DNA of 64,000 bases from a virus: positions 92,994 through 156,993 of IMG/VR virus record IMGVR_UViG_3300032224_000723; one strand, given 5' to 3'. A program made the translations under genes and the position numbers. The notes under the pieces are model-generated. The model was not told the DNA's origin. It worked only from the letters and a program-made list of their open reading frames with translations, and did not search any database. Each line of letters begins with the position of its first letter. Position 1 is the first letter of the stretch. Positions 8,110-17,385 of this stretch are shown here, in pieces.

Positions 8110-9617
8110 CTTTTAATCAAAAAATTCTATGCGTCGGAAATGAAACAGAAGATACTGACATAAAAGTCAATCAACTATCTCAGGATCATAACACTGTTAA
8201 TCACGGTGTCATAACTGATACAGTGGTTGTCCCAGTACACCCAGGATATTATCATACTACATTGGCAGACATCCAACCTGGTGGCATTGCACACATAGCT
8301 AAAAACTTCGACGAAATCATAATGTTGGATCAATCACCAGAATCGTATCCTCATTGGAAATCGTTTGTTGGTACTTTTAGGTTAATGTACGATCTAGAAC
8401 AAACTGGAAACAAAGTTACATATAGAAACAATGAAGGTAATAAAGTTATTTCGTATTGGCATGACTTATTAAGAGAAAATAAAAGTGTTTGCTTTTATCC
8501 ATTCTTAGGACTAATAGATAATCTTACATCTGCAGGAGTATGTCCTAAAAACTTTGACCCGTTTACAGACATAAACAGTATACATGATTGGCAAGTTGAT
8601 GCCAAATATAATGTTATACGTAATAAAATGTTACGAGGAGAATTAGTCAATGAATGGTGTGAAGATTGCTACAGTCAAGAAAGTTTAGGTCAAGAAAGCA
8701 CAAGACAATTCGAAACACTTGAGTGGATGTCAAGATTAAATTTTAAATCAATTAACGATCTTGCTGACGTAGAATCACCTGCATACTATGAAATTCGCCC
8801 CAACAACAAATGCAATGTCATGTGCAGAACTTGTGACAACGCTCGCAGTCACTTAATTGAAAAAGAATGGAAAACTATTAATATTCCATTACTGCATTAT
8901 AAAGACGGAAATATAAAATTTGAGCACGTAGATTTTAACACAGTTAAAAGAATTTATGTTGGTGGGGGCGAACCAACAGTAATGGCAGAATTTTATGATT
9001 TCCTAACTAAGTGTATCAAACAAAACCGCACTGATTTTGAACTTGTAATTGGTACAAATGGTATGAAGTTCAGTGATAAAATTATGGGACTCTTTAGTCA
9101 TTTCAGTGATGTTTGTTTTTCTGTTAGTTTTGATGGCTATAAAAAAGTAGGCGACTATATTCGTTGGGGCACTGATTTTGACACAGTTGTTAAGAATTCG
9201 CACATGCTGTTGGCACAAGGACATAAAGTATCGCTACAAACTGTGTTTTCCATTTACAATTCAACTCGTATGCATGAGATTTTTGAATTTTACGATAGAG
9301 AATTTCCCACTTCAAGTCTACTAGTACAGTACGCTGGATTTGAGGAAGACATAATGAATCCATATAACAATCCTTGTCGAGAAATGGTAATAGAATCCAT
9401 GTATAAATGTATGCAAACAAAAGTCTATTACTCCAATGGCAGATCATGCAAAACACAAGTGGATGCTATGTTGGATTGGTATGAAAACAACTATCAATTT
9501 GATGTCAATAAATTAAAAAAGTTTTTTGAGTTTAATGATAAAATTGATCGTCAAAGAAATAGTCTACTAGGTAATTACATACCCGAGCTTGAACAAGCAA
9601 GACATTTAATTAAATGA
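8106..9617 (+). CDS. radical SAM protein with N-terminal extension and pre-core Cys domain
   Basis: CFYPF...WCEDCY, then CNVMCRTC, GGGEP, TNG, SFDG, YIRWG. Confidence 0.88.
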   Translation: MTFNQKILCVGNETEDTDIKVNQLSQDHNTVNHGVITDTVVVPVHPGYYHTTLADIQPGGIAHIAKNFDEIIMLDQSPESYPHWKSFVGTFRLMYDLEQTGNKVTYRNNEGNKVISYWHDLLRENKSVCFYPFLGLIDNLTSAGVCPKNFDPFTDINSIHDWQVDAKYNVIRNKMLRGELVNEWCEDCYSQESLGQESTRQFETLEWMSRLNFKSINDLADVESPAYYEIRPNNKCNVMCRTCDNARSHLIEKEWKTINIPLLHYKDGNIKFEHVDFNTVKRIYVGGGEPTVMAEFYDFLTKCIKQNRTDFELVIGTNGMKFSDKIMGLFSHFSDVCFSVSFDGYKKVGDYIRWGTDFDTVVKNSHMLLAQGHKVSLQTVFSIYNSTRMHEIFEFYDREFPTSSLLVQYAGFEEDIMNPYNNPCREMVIESMYKCMQTKVYYSNGRSCKTQVDAMLDWYENNYQFDVNKLKKFFEFNDKIDRQRNSLLGNYIPELEQARHLIK

Positions 9618-9868
9618 AATTATTTGAAACAATGGTACTGCACGAATTTAATATGGGCGATGTAGAAGATCCGTATTTGTATGCGGCATTTCCTATTGGC
9701 GACTGGCAAAAGACAGAACAAGGTCAGTGGGTCATGGACAATGTTATCGGTGAGCCAACTTTTCACTGCATGCCAGATCCGCATCAATATGGGTACCGTG
9801 TAGTTATTACTGGAGAGCTATCTCCAAAAAATCAAACTTACTATAATTTAAAATGGGGCATTAAATGA
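9614..9868 (+). CDS. hypothetical protein, FxLKW-like C-terminus
   Basis: DVEDPYLYAAFPI...QWVMDN...TYYNLKWG. Confidence 0.75.
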   Translation: MKLFETMVLHEFNMGDVEDPYLYAAFPIGDWQKTEQGQWVMDNVIGEPTFHCMPDPHQYGYRVVITGELSPKNQTYYNLKWGIK

Positions 9869-10839
9869 AATTTTTAGTAACTGGCGGTGCAGGCTTTATT
9901 GGCCACAACGTAGTTAGACAATTAGAGCAACAAGGGCACGAATGCTTTGTATTAGATTGCATAACTAATTATGGGTTTGTGCCACAAGACGAGTTAACAT
10001 ATCTAGCACGTGAACGTAAGCAACGTATGAAAGCTAATGTAGCACATATAGATCTACGTGATACTGAGGCTGTTATTAATTGGTTTAAAACTTTTAGTTT
10101 TAGAGCAGATGCCGTAATTCACCTTGCTAGTTTTCCTAGACAAAAAGTTGTAAGTCAAAATCCTGTTATGGCGTCAGAAGTTATGAGCACAGGACTAGTT
10201 AACTTGTTGGAACTTACTCGTCAACTTAAAATTCCTAAGTTTGTTTATATCAGCAGTAGCATGGTCTACGGAGATTTTGACAATGATGTCACAGAGAGTA
10301 GTCCGTGTAAGCCGCAAGGACAATACGGTATTATGAAATATATGGGAGAGAAACTTGTTGAAGATTATACTCGCCGTGGTTGTTTTAGCCACGTTATTAT
10401 CCGCCCCAGTGCTGTTTATGGCGAATACGACGTCGAAGACCGCGTCGTGTCCAAATTCATGCTCGGAGCAATGCGTGGTGAAACATTAAAGATTAAAGGT
10501 GCCAATGAAGTTCTGGACTTTACATACGTAGAAGATACTGCACAAGGTATTGTGTTGGCTGCAACTAAAACAGAAGCTGACAATAAAATCTATAACATCA
10601 CAAGAGCAGATACAAAACTATACACATTGTTAGATGCCGCAAATATTGCATTAAGCATTGCAGGCAAAGGCAGCATAGTTATACAAGACAAAGATGCCGA
10701 CTTTCCCAGTCGCGGAAGATTAAGCATTGATAGGGCTGTTGCTGATTTAGGATACAAGCCCACTGTCAGCGTTGAAGAAGGTTTTAAACGCTATTACGAA
10801 TGGTTTAAAAAGAGCGCATTTTGGCAGCAACGAATGTAA
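9865..10839 (+). CDS. NAD-dependent NDP-sugar epimerase/dehydratase
   Basis: TGGAGFIG, ISSSMVYG, YGIMK (YxxxK), DFTYVED. Confidence 0.93.
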   Translation: MKFLVTGGAGFIGHNVVRQLEQQGHECFVLDCITNYGFVPQDELTYLARERKQRMKANVAHIDLRDTEAVINWFKTFSFRADAVIHLASFPRQKVVSQNPVMASEVMSTGLVNLLELTRQLKIPKFVYISSSMVYGDFDNDVTESSPCKPQGQYGIMKYMGEKLVEDYTRRGCFSHVIIRPSAVYGEYDVEDRVVSKFMLGAMRGETLKIKGANEVLDFTYVEDTAQGIVLAATKTEADNKIYNITRADTKLYTLLDAANIALSIAGKGSIVIQDKDADFPSRGRLSIDRAVADLGYKPTVSVEEGFKRYYEWFKKSAFWQQRM

Positions 10840-11930
10840 TTCCTTTCTTTGGTGTTAATCGCCAATATCAAAACTTACGTGAAGAACTATTAGAAGTAAT
10901 AGATCAAGTATACAGTACTGGCCAAGTTCTAGACGGTAATTACACTAAAGAATTTGAAAGGCAAATTGCTGCCAGATGCCATAGACGTTATGCTGTGGCT
11001 GTGGGCAGTTGCACTCAAGCATTGATATTTGCCCAGCAAGTATTGTTCCAAGAACCCACAAAAATTCTAATACCCACTGTTAGTTTTGTTGCCACTATCA
11101 ACAGTGTGTTACTAAATGGCAATACTCCTGTGTTTTGTGATGTAGATGATCAAGCACTGATGAATTTAGAAAGCGTGGACTATGCTATCAAAGGATCAGG
11201 TGTTGACGGTATCATGTATGCTAACTTGTTTGGCAATACTGTGGACTACGATAGGTTTACCATGACTGCGGGATTCTTTAACAGTGATTTAAAAGTAATT
11301 GAAGATGCCGCTCAAAGTTTTGGTGCTAGCTACAAAGGTCAACCCAGTGGCAGTTTAGGTGACGTCAGTGTATTAAGTTTTGATCCCACTAAAAATTTAA
11401 ACAACTACGGATCGGGTGGCATGGTTTTAGTAGATGATTTGCCCACTGCTAAATTGTTGCGTGACTTACGTGACAATGGCAAAGAACTAAATCACGACAA
11501 TCCTGGTACTAACAGTAAGATGAGCGAAGCAGATTGTGCTCAAATGTTGGTTAAGTTAAAACATTTTGATGCTTGGCAGCGGCGCAGAACTGAAATTGCA
11601 GAATACTATAACGCAGAGCTGTCTAATTACGTAGATACTCCAAAAACTACAACTGGCACGGTACATGCGTGGAGCAAGTATGTGATTAAAACTGCAGATA
11701 GATCTGCCCTTAAAGAACAATTAAGCAAACAAGGCATTGAAACAAAAGTAAACTATCACACACCATTGTATGATCTGCAGGTAGGATATTCTTACATTAA
11801 CTATGCCATGGACTTGTATAGAGAAGCCAGCGCATTTTGTGTTGAGTGTTTGTCATTGCCTATCTATCCCGAGATGACTGACACGGAAGTAGAACGTGTA
11901 GTTGATGCGATTATTTCGTATACCGCTTAA
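10821..11930 (+). CDS. DegT/DnrJ/EryC1/StrS PLP-dependent sugar aminotransferase
   Basis: EDAAQSFG, SFDPTKNL (PLP lysine), LSLPIYP; TTG start uncertain. Confidence 0.93.
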   Translation: MAATNVIPFFGVNRQYQNLREELLEVIDQVYSTGQVLDGNYTKEFERQIAARCHRRYAVAVGSCTQALIFAQQVLFQEPTKILIPTVSFVATINSVLLNGNTPVFCDVDDQALMNLESVDYAIKGSGVDGIMYANLFGNTVDYDRFTMTAGFFNSDLKVIEDAAQSFGASYKGQPSGSLGDVSVLSFDPTKNLNNYGSGGMVLVDDLPTAKLLRDLRDNGKELNHDNPGTNSKMSEADCAQMLVKLKHFDAWQRRRTEIAEYYNAELSNYVDTPKTTTGTVHAWSKYVIKTADRSALKEQLSKQGIETKVNYHTPLYDLQVGYSYINYAMDLYREASAFCVECLSLPIYPEMTDTEVERVVDAIISYTA

Positions 11931-13542
11931 AGTATTCCTGTAGCCAAGCCCATTCAAAAGTTAACATCAACGCATCATAGTCTCCGTTAACTGACTCATA
12001 ATACTCCACAGCATCTGCGGCTCCACGCAAACACCATTCAGCATAATCACCTTGAGCTTTGGTTAACCAAGTCTTAAGTCTATATTCTGTTTCTACATTA
12101 GGTTCAGTAACACTAAAATGTTTTAACTTAACGACTTCACGAAACGCAGTACGCCAAGTCATCCATGCACTTTGATTGAAGTGTGCAATGCCGCTAAGAA
12201 TAGGCACTACTTCATGTGCTTTGCTTAATGTAAAGTCTAATCCACTATCGATAGTTTCTAATACCAATCTCTTGTTATATGCAATCATAGCTTGATGTCC
12301 GTAGACTAATCCATTCACGGGATTCTTAGCATGGAAGATATAGTGTTTGGGTTCTTGGAAATAGTCTGGTTGCCAGTGCCAAGGAAAACTCCCACCCAAG
12401 ACTTCCAATTTGGCAAACACAGTTAAAAACCATGGAGTAGTACTAGCTTCGGCTGCTGCCTTGTAAGCATTAGCACGACCATTGACTCCGCGTATCCACT
12501 TAACATCTCTGTTGCTTTGGTATTCAGTGTTCTCAAACCATTTTTGTTCGTCAGGTTCTCCGTTGCTGATGTAGATAATATCCAGCTCTTTTTCAGTGAA
12601 ATGTTGCTGTTCTTGGCTCTTAACGTAGGGATAATCGTATACTTGTGACTGCAAATGTGCCTTAATATCACGGGGTACTACACAGACAGCGTGACTACGT
12701 GTAAATGTCTCTACAGACCTGTCTTTTTCACTCCAAAGACAGGGTTGGTAATAAACAGTTAAATCAGACTGATTGGTAAACAGCGCATACGGGCCAGTAA
12801 ATTCGAATTTTTTAATTTCATCAACTAAGTTATCCGAATCATACTCACAGCGTGGCATGGAATGTCTCTCAACTCGCATGCGGTCACAGTAGTTGATTAC
12901 ATTAAACCAATCCAACAACTCTAGTTCTGCCATTTGACGTTTAAATGATTCCACATGAATGTAAAACGTATCTCCACGTTTTTGATTGCCGCTGGGAAAC
13001 ACATGAACCATTTCTTCTGTCCACTGGGCAGGATGCCAGGTAAAATCAAATGCCGCATAATCACATAGACTACTAATGATCCATACGTACTCTGTGGCGG
13101 CAAGATTTATTATGCGTTTGAATACGTTTAAGTGACTGTCAACATATCTAGTGGATTTTATATTGGACCAAGATTCTCTAAGTAATGCTAGATCAACTTG
13201 GCTTCCAGTATTCATAAAGTCCATGTAGAATATGTCTGTGGCTTGTGCTCTATTTACAATATCCTGTGCTTCAGTGTGCCAATGCCATTGATGTTCTTTA
13301 GTATGTTTAGGAACAAAATAAGTGCCACCATTATCTTGCCATTGACTGGCCCAAATATGTGTGTGCTCTGCTTCCCACGGCACAGGAACAAAGTCGAAGT
13401 CAAAGTCTGTGTAATCGTTTAAGCCGTTAACAAACCAACAGAACTTAGTGCGGCTCTGTGACTGTGCATCTACTAGGTCTCGAGCTGGACGTTCAAATGC
13501 AAATAAGTTGGGTTTTGGTCCTGTATAGAATACGTCAAACAT
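11911..13542 (-). CDS. glycosyltransferase-like protein built of repeated degenerate GT-A-like units
   Basis: C-terminal domain aligns with 27497-28423 (DIIYISNGEP, GVNG...AYKAAA, NGLVYG, WRTAFREVVKL); internal FDFxxxPxxW repeats. Confidence 0.6.
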   Translation of the reverse strand: MFDVFYTGPKPNLFAFERPARDLVDAQSQSRTKFCWFVNGLNDYTDFDFDFVPVPWEAEHTHIWASQWQDNGGTYFVPKHTKEHQWHWHTEAQDIVNRAQATDIFYMDFMNTGSQVDLALLRESWSNIKSTRYVDSHLNVFKRIINLAATEYVWIISSLCDYAAFDFTWHPAQWTEEMVHVFPSGNQKRGDTFYIHVESFKRQMAELELLDWFNVINYCDRMRVERHSMPRCEYDSDNLVDEIKKFEFTGPYALFTNQSDLTVYYQPCLWSEKDRSVETFTRSHAVCVVPRDIKAHLQSQVYDYPYVKSQEQQHFTEKELDIIYISNGEPDEQKWFENTEYQSNRDVKWIRGVNGRANAYKAAAEASTTPWFLTVFAKLEVLGGSFPWHWQPDYFQEPKHYIFHAKNPVNGLVYGHQAMIAYNKRLVLETIDSGLDFTLSKAHEVVPILSGIAHFNQSAWMTWRTAFREVVKLKHFSVTEPNVETEYRLKTWLTKAQGDYAEWCLRGAADAVEYYESVNGDYDALMLTFEWAWLQEYFKRYTK

Positions 13543-13987
13543 CTACTTGTTTTATATCAATGTTGCACTTTTTAAGAAAGTCTACTCCCGCCATGTCCCG
13601 ATAACTATTGCGATAGTATACGCTAGATATACCGCTTTGGTATATAAGTTTGGCACAATCCAAACAAGGAGCGTGAGTAATAAAAATACTAGCATCACTA
13701 CCGCTTTGGCTTGATTTGGCCAGCTTTGCAATCGCATTGGATTCAGCATGTAATACCTCTTTTCTTGTTACTAATTCTTCTATCTTTGTTTGGGGGTGTC
13801 TAAAGACGTATTCACAATTATTATCCCAACCACTGGGCATACCATTATAACCAATGCTAATGATTGTATCATCTTTAACTATAATAGCACCTACATGTAA
13901 ACGTGTTGCTGTACTACATTCAGCAAATATCTCCGCTGTTTTCATGTATGCTTTAATGTGTTTTTCTTTTATGACCAATTTGTCCAT
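13535..13987 (-). CDS. dCMP deaminase
   Basis: IGYNG, HAESNAI, PCLDCAK; exact start uncertain. Confidence 0.92.
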   Translation of the reverse strand: MDKLVIKEKHIKAYMKTAEIFAECSTATRLHVGAIIVKDDTIISIGYNGMPSGWDNNCEYVFRHPQTKIEELVTRKEVLHAESNAIAKLAKSSQSGSDASIFITHAPCLDCAKLIYQSGISSVYYRNSYRDMAGVDFLKKCNIDIKQVDV

Positions 13988-14631
13988 TTATCTGTTAGTT
14001 GATGAAATTTTGATAGATCTAGGTGTTTATCACCAGGCATATAATTATTAATCATTTCAACAAGTTGGTTTGCTAGTTCTTGATTGTTGTCTATGCTTAA
14101 ATGATTTTCCCTAGAGTCATGGAACAAAGCAAATTCTTTAGCATTTATTTCATTTAAACTTATAGATGTCAAACTAGGCCAAACATTAATTCCCGCCAAC
14201 GCAGATCTTTGACTCCATGTCCACGGAAAACAATGTAAGTTTACTATCTTTGTGTGTGCCCACCTAACGGTAATTTCTTCAAACCATTTTTTATGTGCCC
14301 AATGTACAAAATCACTGTCGTGTATATATTTGAAATAAAGTGCGACGGCAAGTTCTATTTCATTATTTTTATTCAATTGAGAATGATTAATCTTACCAAT
14401 TGTTTTATTACTAGTCGGAATTCTGTCAGAGTTAGTATGTGCAAATATCACTGCTTCACAGTTTTCAATATCAGCCTCACTAACTGAATTTAAAAAACAT
14501 TTTACAGCCCACCAAGGTTGACCACCGCCGCCATAACAGATTAAATTTAAATTTAATTGTTTAGCTACCATAGTTGGCCAAAATTGATAGTAAGTTGAGA
14601 AACTGTCACCTAATACAATTAAATTTTTCAT
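13969..14631 (-). CDS. SGNH/GDSL-like hydrolase or acyltransferase
   Basis: N-terminal VLGDSF, block II-like GGGG, C-terminal NHLS; AT-rich. Confidence 0.65.
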   Translation of the reverse strand: MKNLIVLGDSFSTYYQFWPTMVAKQLNLNLICYGGGGQPWWAVKCFLNSVSEADIENCEAVIFAHTNSDRIPTSNKTIGKINHSQLNKNNEIELAVALYFKYIHDSDFVHWAHKKWFEEITVRWAHTKIVNLHCFPWTWSQRSALAGINVWPSLTSISLNEINAKEFALFHDSRENHLSIDNNQELANQLVEMINNYMPGDKHLDLSKFHQLTDKWTNWS

Positions 14632-16154
14632 TAGCTAACTACCTTTATTCCATATAGAGTTTCAAATCTATCTGCATCTGCGCGGTCGTTGACCATAGGC
14701 TCACCGCGTATATTTAGACTAGTGTTCAACAACATAGGACAGCCAGTCATCACGTACCACTTCTCTAGTAGTTCTCTTATACCGCTACCGTCTTTGGCGA
14801 CAGTTTGTACACGACTAGATCCATCAACATGCACAATAGCAGGAAATAAATTAGGTCGTTTACACCAAGCAACGGACTGCATGTAAGGACTAGTTTCCCA
14901 TCCCTTGTGCATATCGAAATACTCGTCGGCTAATTCAGCCAATATCACAGGTGCAAAAGGTCTAAACTTTTGTCTACGTTTGATTTCGTTTACACGATCT
15001 TTGATATCAGGACCACGCGGGTCTGCAAGTAAACTTCTATTGCCTAGCGCCCGCGGACCAAATTCTGCACGTCCACTCGCCACACCAACAATGCCAGTAG
15101 TGACGAGATGGTCAAGGGCATCATTAACAGGATACCCACCAGGGATGTCATGACCCAAAAAAGCAGTAGTCCAATTAATACGCTGACCGTAAGCAAGGGC
15201 CGCGGCGCCAAGGCTACTGCCAGCATCACCAGGATTAGGCATAATCCATATATTATCATAATAATCTCCTAAGTTTCTATTTGCTAAACAATTTAGGGCA
15301 ACACCGCCCATGTAAACAAGATTTGTACTCCAGTCAAAACTTTTGGACCGGCGTATAACATTATATATCAACTTTTCCACAATCTCTTGTGCGGCCCATG
15401 CCCAAGCTTCATTATCTATTCTCCAATTACTTGTAATTCCCGTGTGTAAATTATCTCTGAAAATAATTTCTTGGTCATCTTTGATATAAACTCTACTCAA
15501 TATGTCTGGTAGTAACTCTGTAGTTTTTCCATATGCAGCCATACCCATAAGTATGTATTCTTCTTCGTTGGGTTTTAGGCCCACTTCTTTGGTTATTGCA
15601 CTATAAAATAATCCAATGCTGTGTGGATATTTTTGTCCCCACAATTTTTTATACTTTGCCTGTCCTTTTTTATTGTACTCTGCGCCCCAAATACTTATAG
15701 TATCCCATTCGCCAATAGCATCGATGACAACTACTGTAGCACGATTGAACGGACTTGTTTGAAAGCCTGCGGATGCATGACTTAGATGATGATTATAACT
15801 ACTAGTTGATATATTAGTTAAAGGTCGAATCTCATCAGTTACTTGTTTATTTTTTAATTCCGTATACCAACTACCAAGTTGTTTTCGTAAAGATTGTTCT
15901 ACGGTCAATGACTGCCACTGGATACCTTCGCCACTGTATAACCTACGTAGTTGTTTAGCCCATGGGCGTTCGTAGTATGCAATTTCATTAATATCAAATT
16001 TAGAAATTTCTTCAATAAGTCCAGCACTGATATTGGCGTCATTCTTTACTTTGCTATAACGTTCGCTATGGCCAGCAAAAAGTATATCGCCATGGCGATT
16101 TATAACTGTAGCGGCTGCATCGTGAAATCCAGCCGAAATTCCTAATATATTCAT
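14631..16154 (-). CDS. carbamoyltransferase (NodU/CmcH family)
   Basis: GFHDAAA, ERYS, HHLSHA, VIDAIGE, GGVALNC, GDAGSSLG, EFGPRALGNRS, RPFAP, DGSSRVQT, LNTSLN. Confidence 0.95.
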   Translation of the reverse strand: MNILGISAGFHDAAATVINRHGDILFAGHSERYSKVKNDANISAGLIEEISKFDINEIAYYERPWAKQLRRLYSGEGIQWQSLTVEQSLRKQLGSWYTELKNKQVTDEIRPLTNISTSSYNHHLSHASAGFQTSPFNRATVVVIDAIGEWDTISIWGAEYNKKGQAKYKKLWGQKYPHSIGLFYSAITKEVGLKPNEEEYILMGMAAYGKTTELLPDILSRVYIKDDQEIIFRDNLHTGITSNWRIDNEAWAWAAQEIVEKLIYNVIRRSKSFDWSTNLVYMGGVALNCLANRNLGDYYDNIWIMPNPGDAGSSLGAAALAYGQRINWTTAFLGHDIPGGYPVNDALDHLVTTGIVGVASGRAEFGPRALGNRSLLADPRGPDIKDRVNEIKRRQKFRPFAPVILAELADEYFDMHKGWETSPYMQSVAWCKRPNLFPAIVHVDGSSRVQTVAKDGSGIRELLEKWYVMTGCPMLLNTSLNIRGEPMVNDRADADRFETLYGIKVVS

Positions 16155-16252
16155 TTATAGATAAATGGATCTCGTTTACGTAGTTCTTTTAGTTTTTTAC
16201 GATATCGAATTTCTAATCGAATTCTGTTCCAAATGTTTCTTAACCAGTTCAT
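16151..16252 (-). CDS. unannotated 33-aa basic peptide ending DPFIYK
   Basis: MNWLRNIWNRIRLEIRYRKKLKELRKRDPFIYK; AAGGA SD; stop overlaps the carbamoyltransferase start (ATGA). Confidence 0.75.
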   Translation of the reverse strand: MNWLRNIWNRIRLEIRYRKKLKELRKRDPFIYK

Positions 16253-16257
16253 TGATT

Positions 16258-17385
16258 TTATCCTTCAGTAATATTTATAGTGCTACTGTAGTCATACCCC
16301 GGTTTCATCATATCAATCTGCATTTGTTTGTATCCAGAATCAGCCCAACTATAATTAAACGTATTTGACACACCGTTAACTTCAATTTTATAGATGTCTA
16401 AGTGTGAACCTAATATGTTCCATATAGTTTGATAGTCTTCAGTACCAAAACTCTCTTTTAACATAACTTGGCCAATTGGCAAATATCCTAAACTTAACTT
16501 AGGATCCATTGGATCTCTTCCGTTGTCAATTAACCAATCATGAAATCTTTGTTGTTCTGTATTGTGCCAAGGCACTGGGCCACCGAGCTTAACATCGTTG
16601 CCCCATTCAACATCAAATTCCCCGCTATAATATTTTAGTTCAGTTATGGCTTCACATACTGTGTCTGTTAATTCTGGTGCACCTTCATCTCTAAAAACTT
16701 CAAATAGTGTTTTACCTATTTGTGTCCAATGCATATATACACCGCCTATTACACGATCATATCCATTTTGTAAAAATAACTGTCTATGATTATCTGTTAA
16801 ATCAAATCTAGGACTATTAATAAATGTTGTAATTTGACTGGGTCGTACCCAATAAGGAACTGTGGTTAATTTACGTTGGCTCAGTATTAAATTTTCTATT
16901 TCGTGACAAATGTTATTCAATTGTCGTATTGCATATTTTGTTTCGTAGTCAGCACGACGATAGTAATCACTTAGATTCCAAACTGTGCCTTGCAACTGTT
17001 CAAAATGATTGTGTAGTTTGTTCAACAATTCATGATTTGGTCCCAATGTACCCACATTAAATCCTTCTGTGGCTGTGTCAGGTGCTAATAAATTGTCGGG
17101 CTGTATATCCAAATCAATTTGATAATCTGGAAAATAGTTATTGATTGTAACTACATGCATTTGCAATTCTGTGCATAGGTATTCTAAACTACGGGAAGTT
17201 TTTGGAAAACCCATAAAGCAAAAATTCTTTTCTAATAAATTATTAGACTGCAACAAACCTTTAAGTGCATGTGTCCAATCCCTTGCTAGTTCATTGTCTG
17301 CAGGTTGAATTACATAATCAATTTGATCGTTATAATTTAATGGATTACGTAGTACTACTTTAATTGATTGATTGCCACCACTCAT
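16258..17385 (-). CDS. hypothetical protein, paralog of 20226-21035
   Basis: 375-aa ORF; LNKLHNHFE, LNNICHEIE, IGKTLFEVF, LGYLPIGQV. Confidence 0.8.
   Translation of the reverse strand: MSGGNQSIKVVLRNPLNYNDQIDYVIQPADNELARDWTHALKGLLQSNNLLEKNFCFMGFPKTSRSLEYLCTELQMHVVTINNYFPDYQIDLDIQPDNLLAPDTATEGFNVGTLGPNHELLNKLHNHFEQLQGTVWNLSDYYRRADYETKYAIRQLNNICHEIENLILSQRKLTTVPYWVRPSQITTFINSPRFDLTDNHRQLFLQNGYDRVIGGVYMHWTQIGKTLFEVFRDEGAPELTDTVCEAITELKYYSGEFDVEWGNDVKLGGPVPWHNTEQQRFHDWLIDNGRDPMDPKLSLGYLPIGQVMLKESFGTEDYQTIWNILGSHLDIYKIEVNGVSNTFNYSWADSGYKQMQIDMMKPGYDYSSTINITEG
16272..16279 (-). promoter_or_regulatory. T4-type late promoter TATAAATA
   Basis: Exact TATAAATA on the minus strand, 19 nt upstream of the peptide ATG. 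Confidence 0.55.

Noticed and set aside
16165-16368. Plus-strand 67-aa ORF in the gap before the carbamoyltransferase
   Set aside because: The minus-strand 33-aa ORF has an SD, translational coupling and operon orientation.
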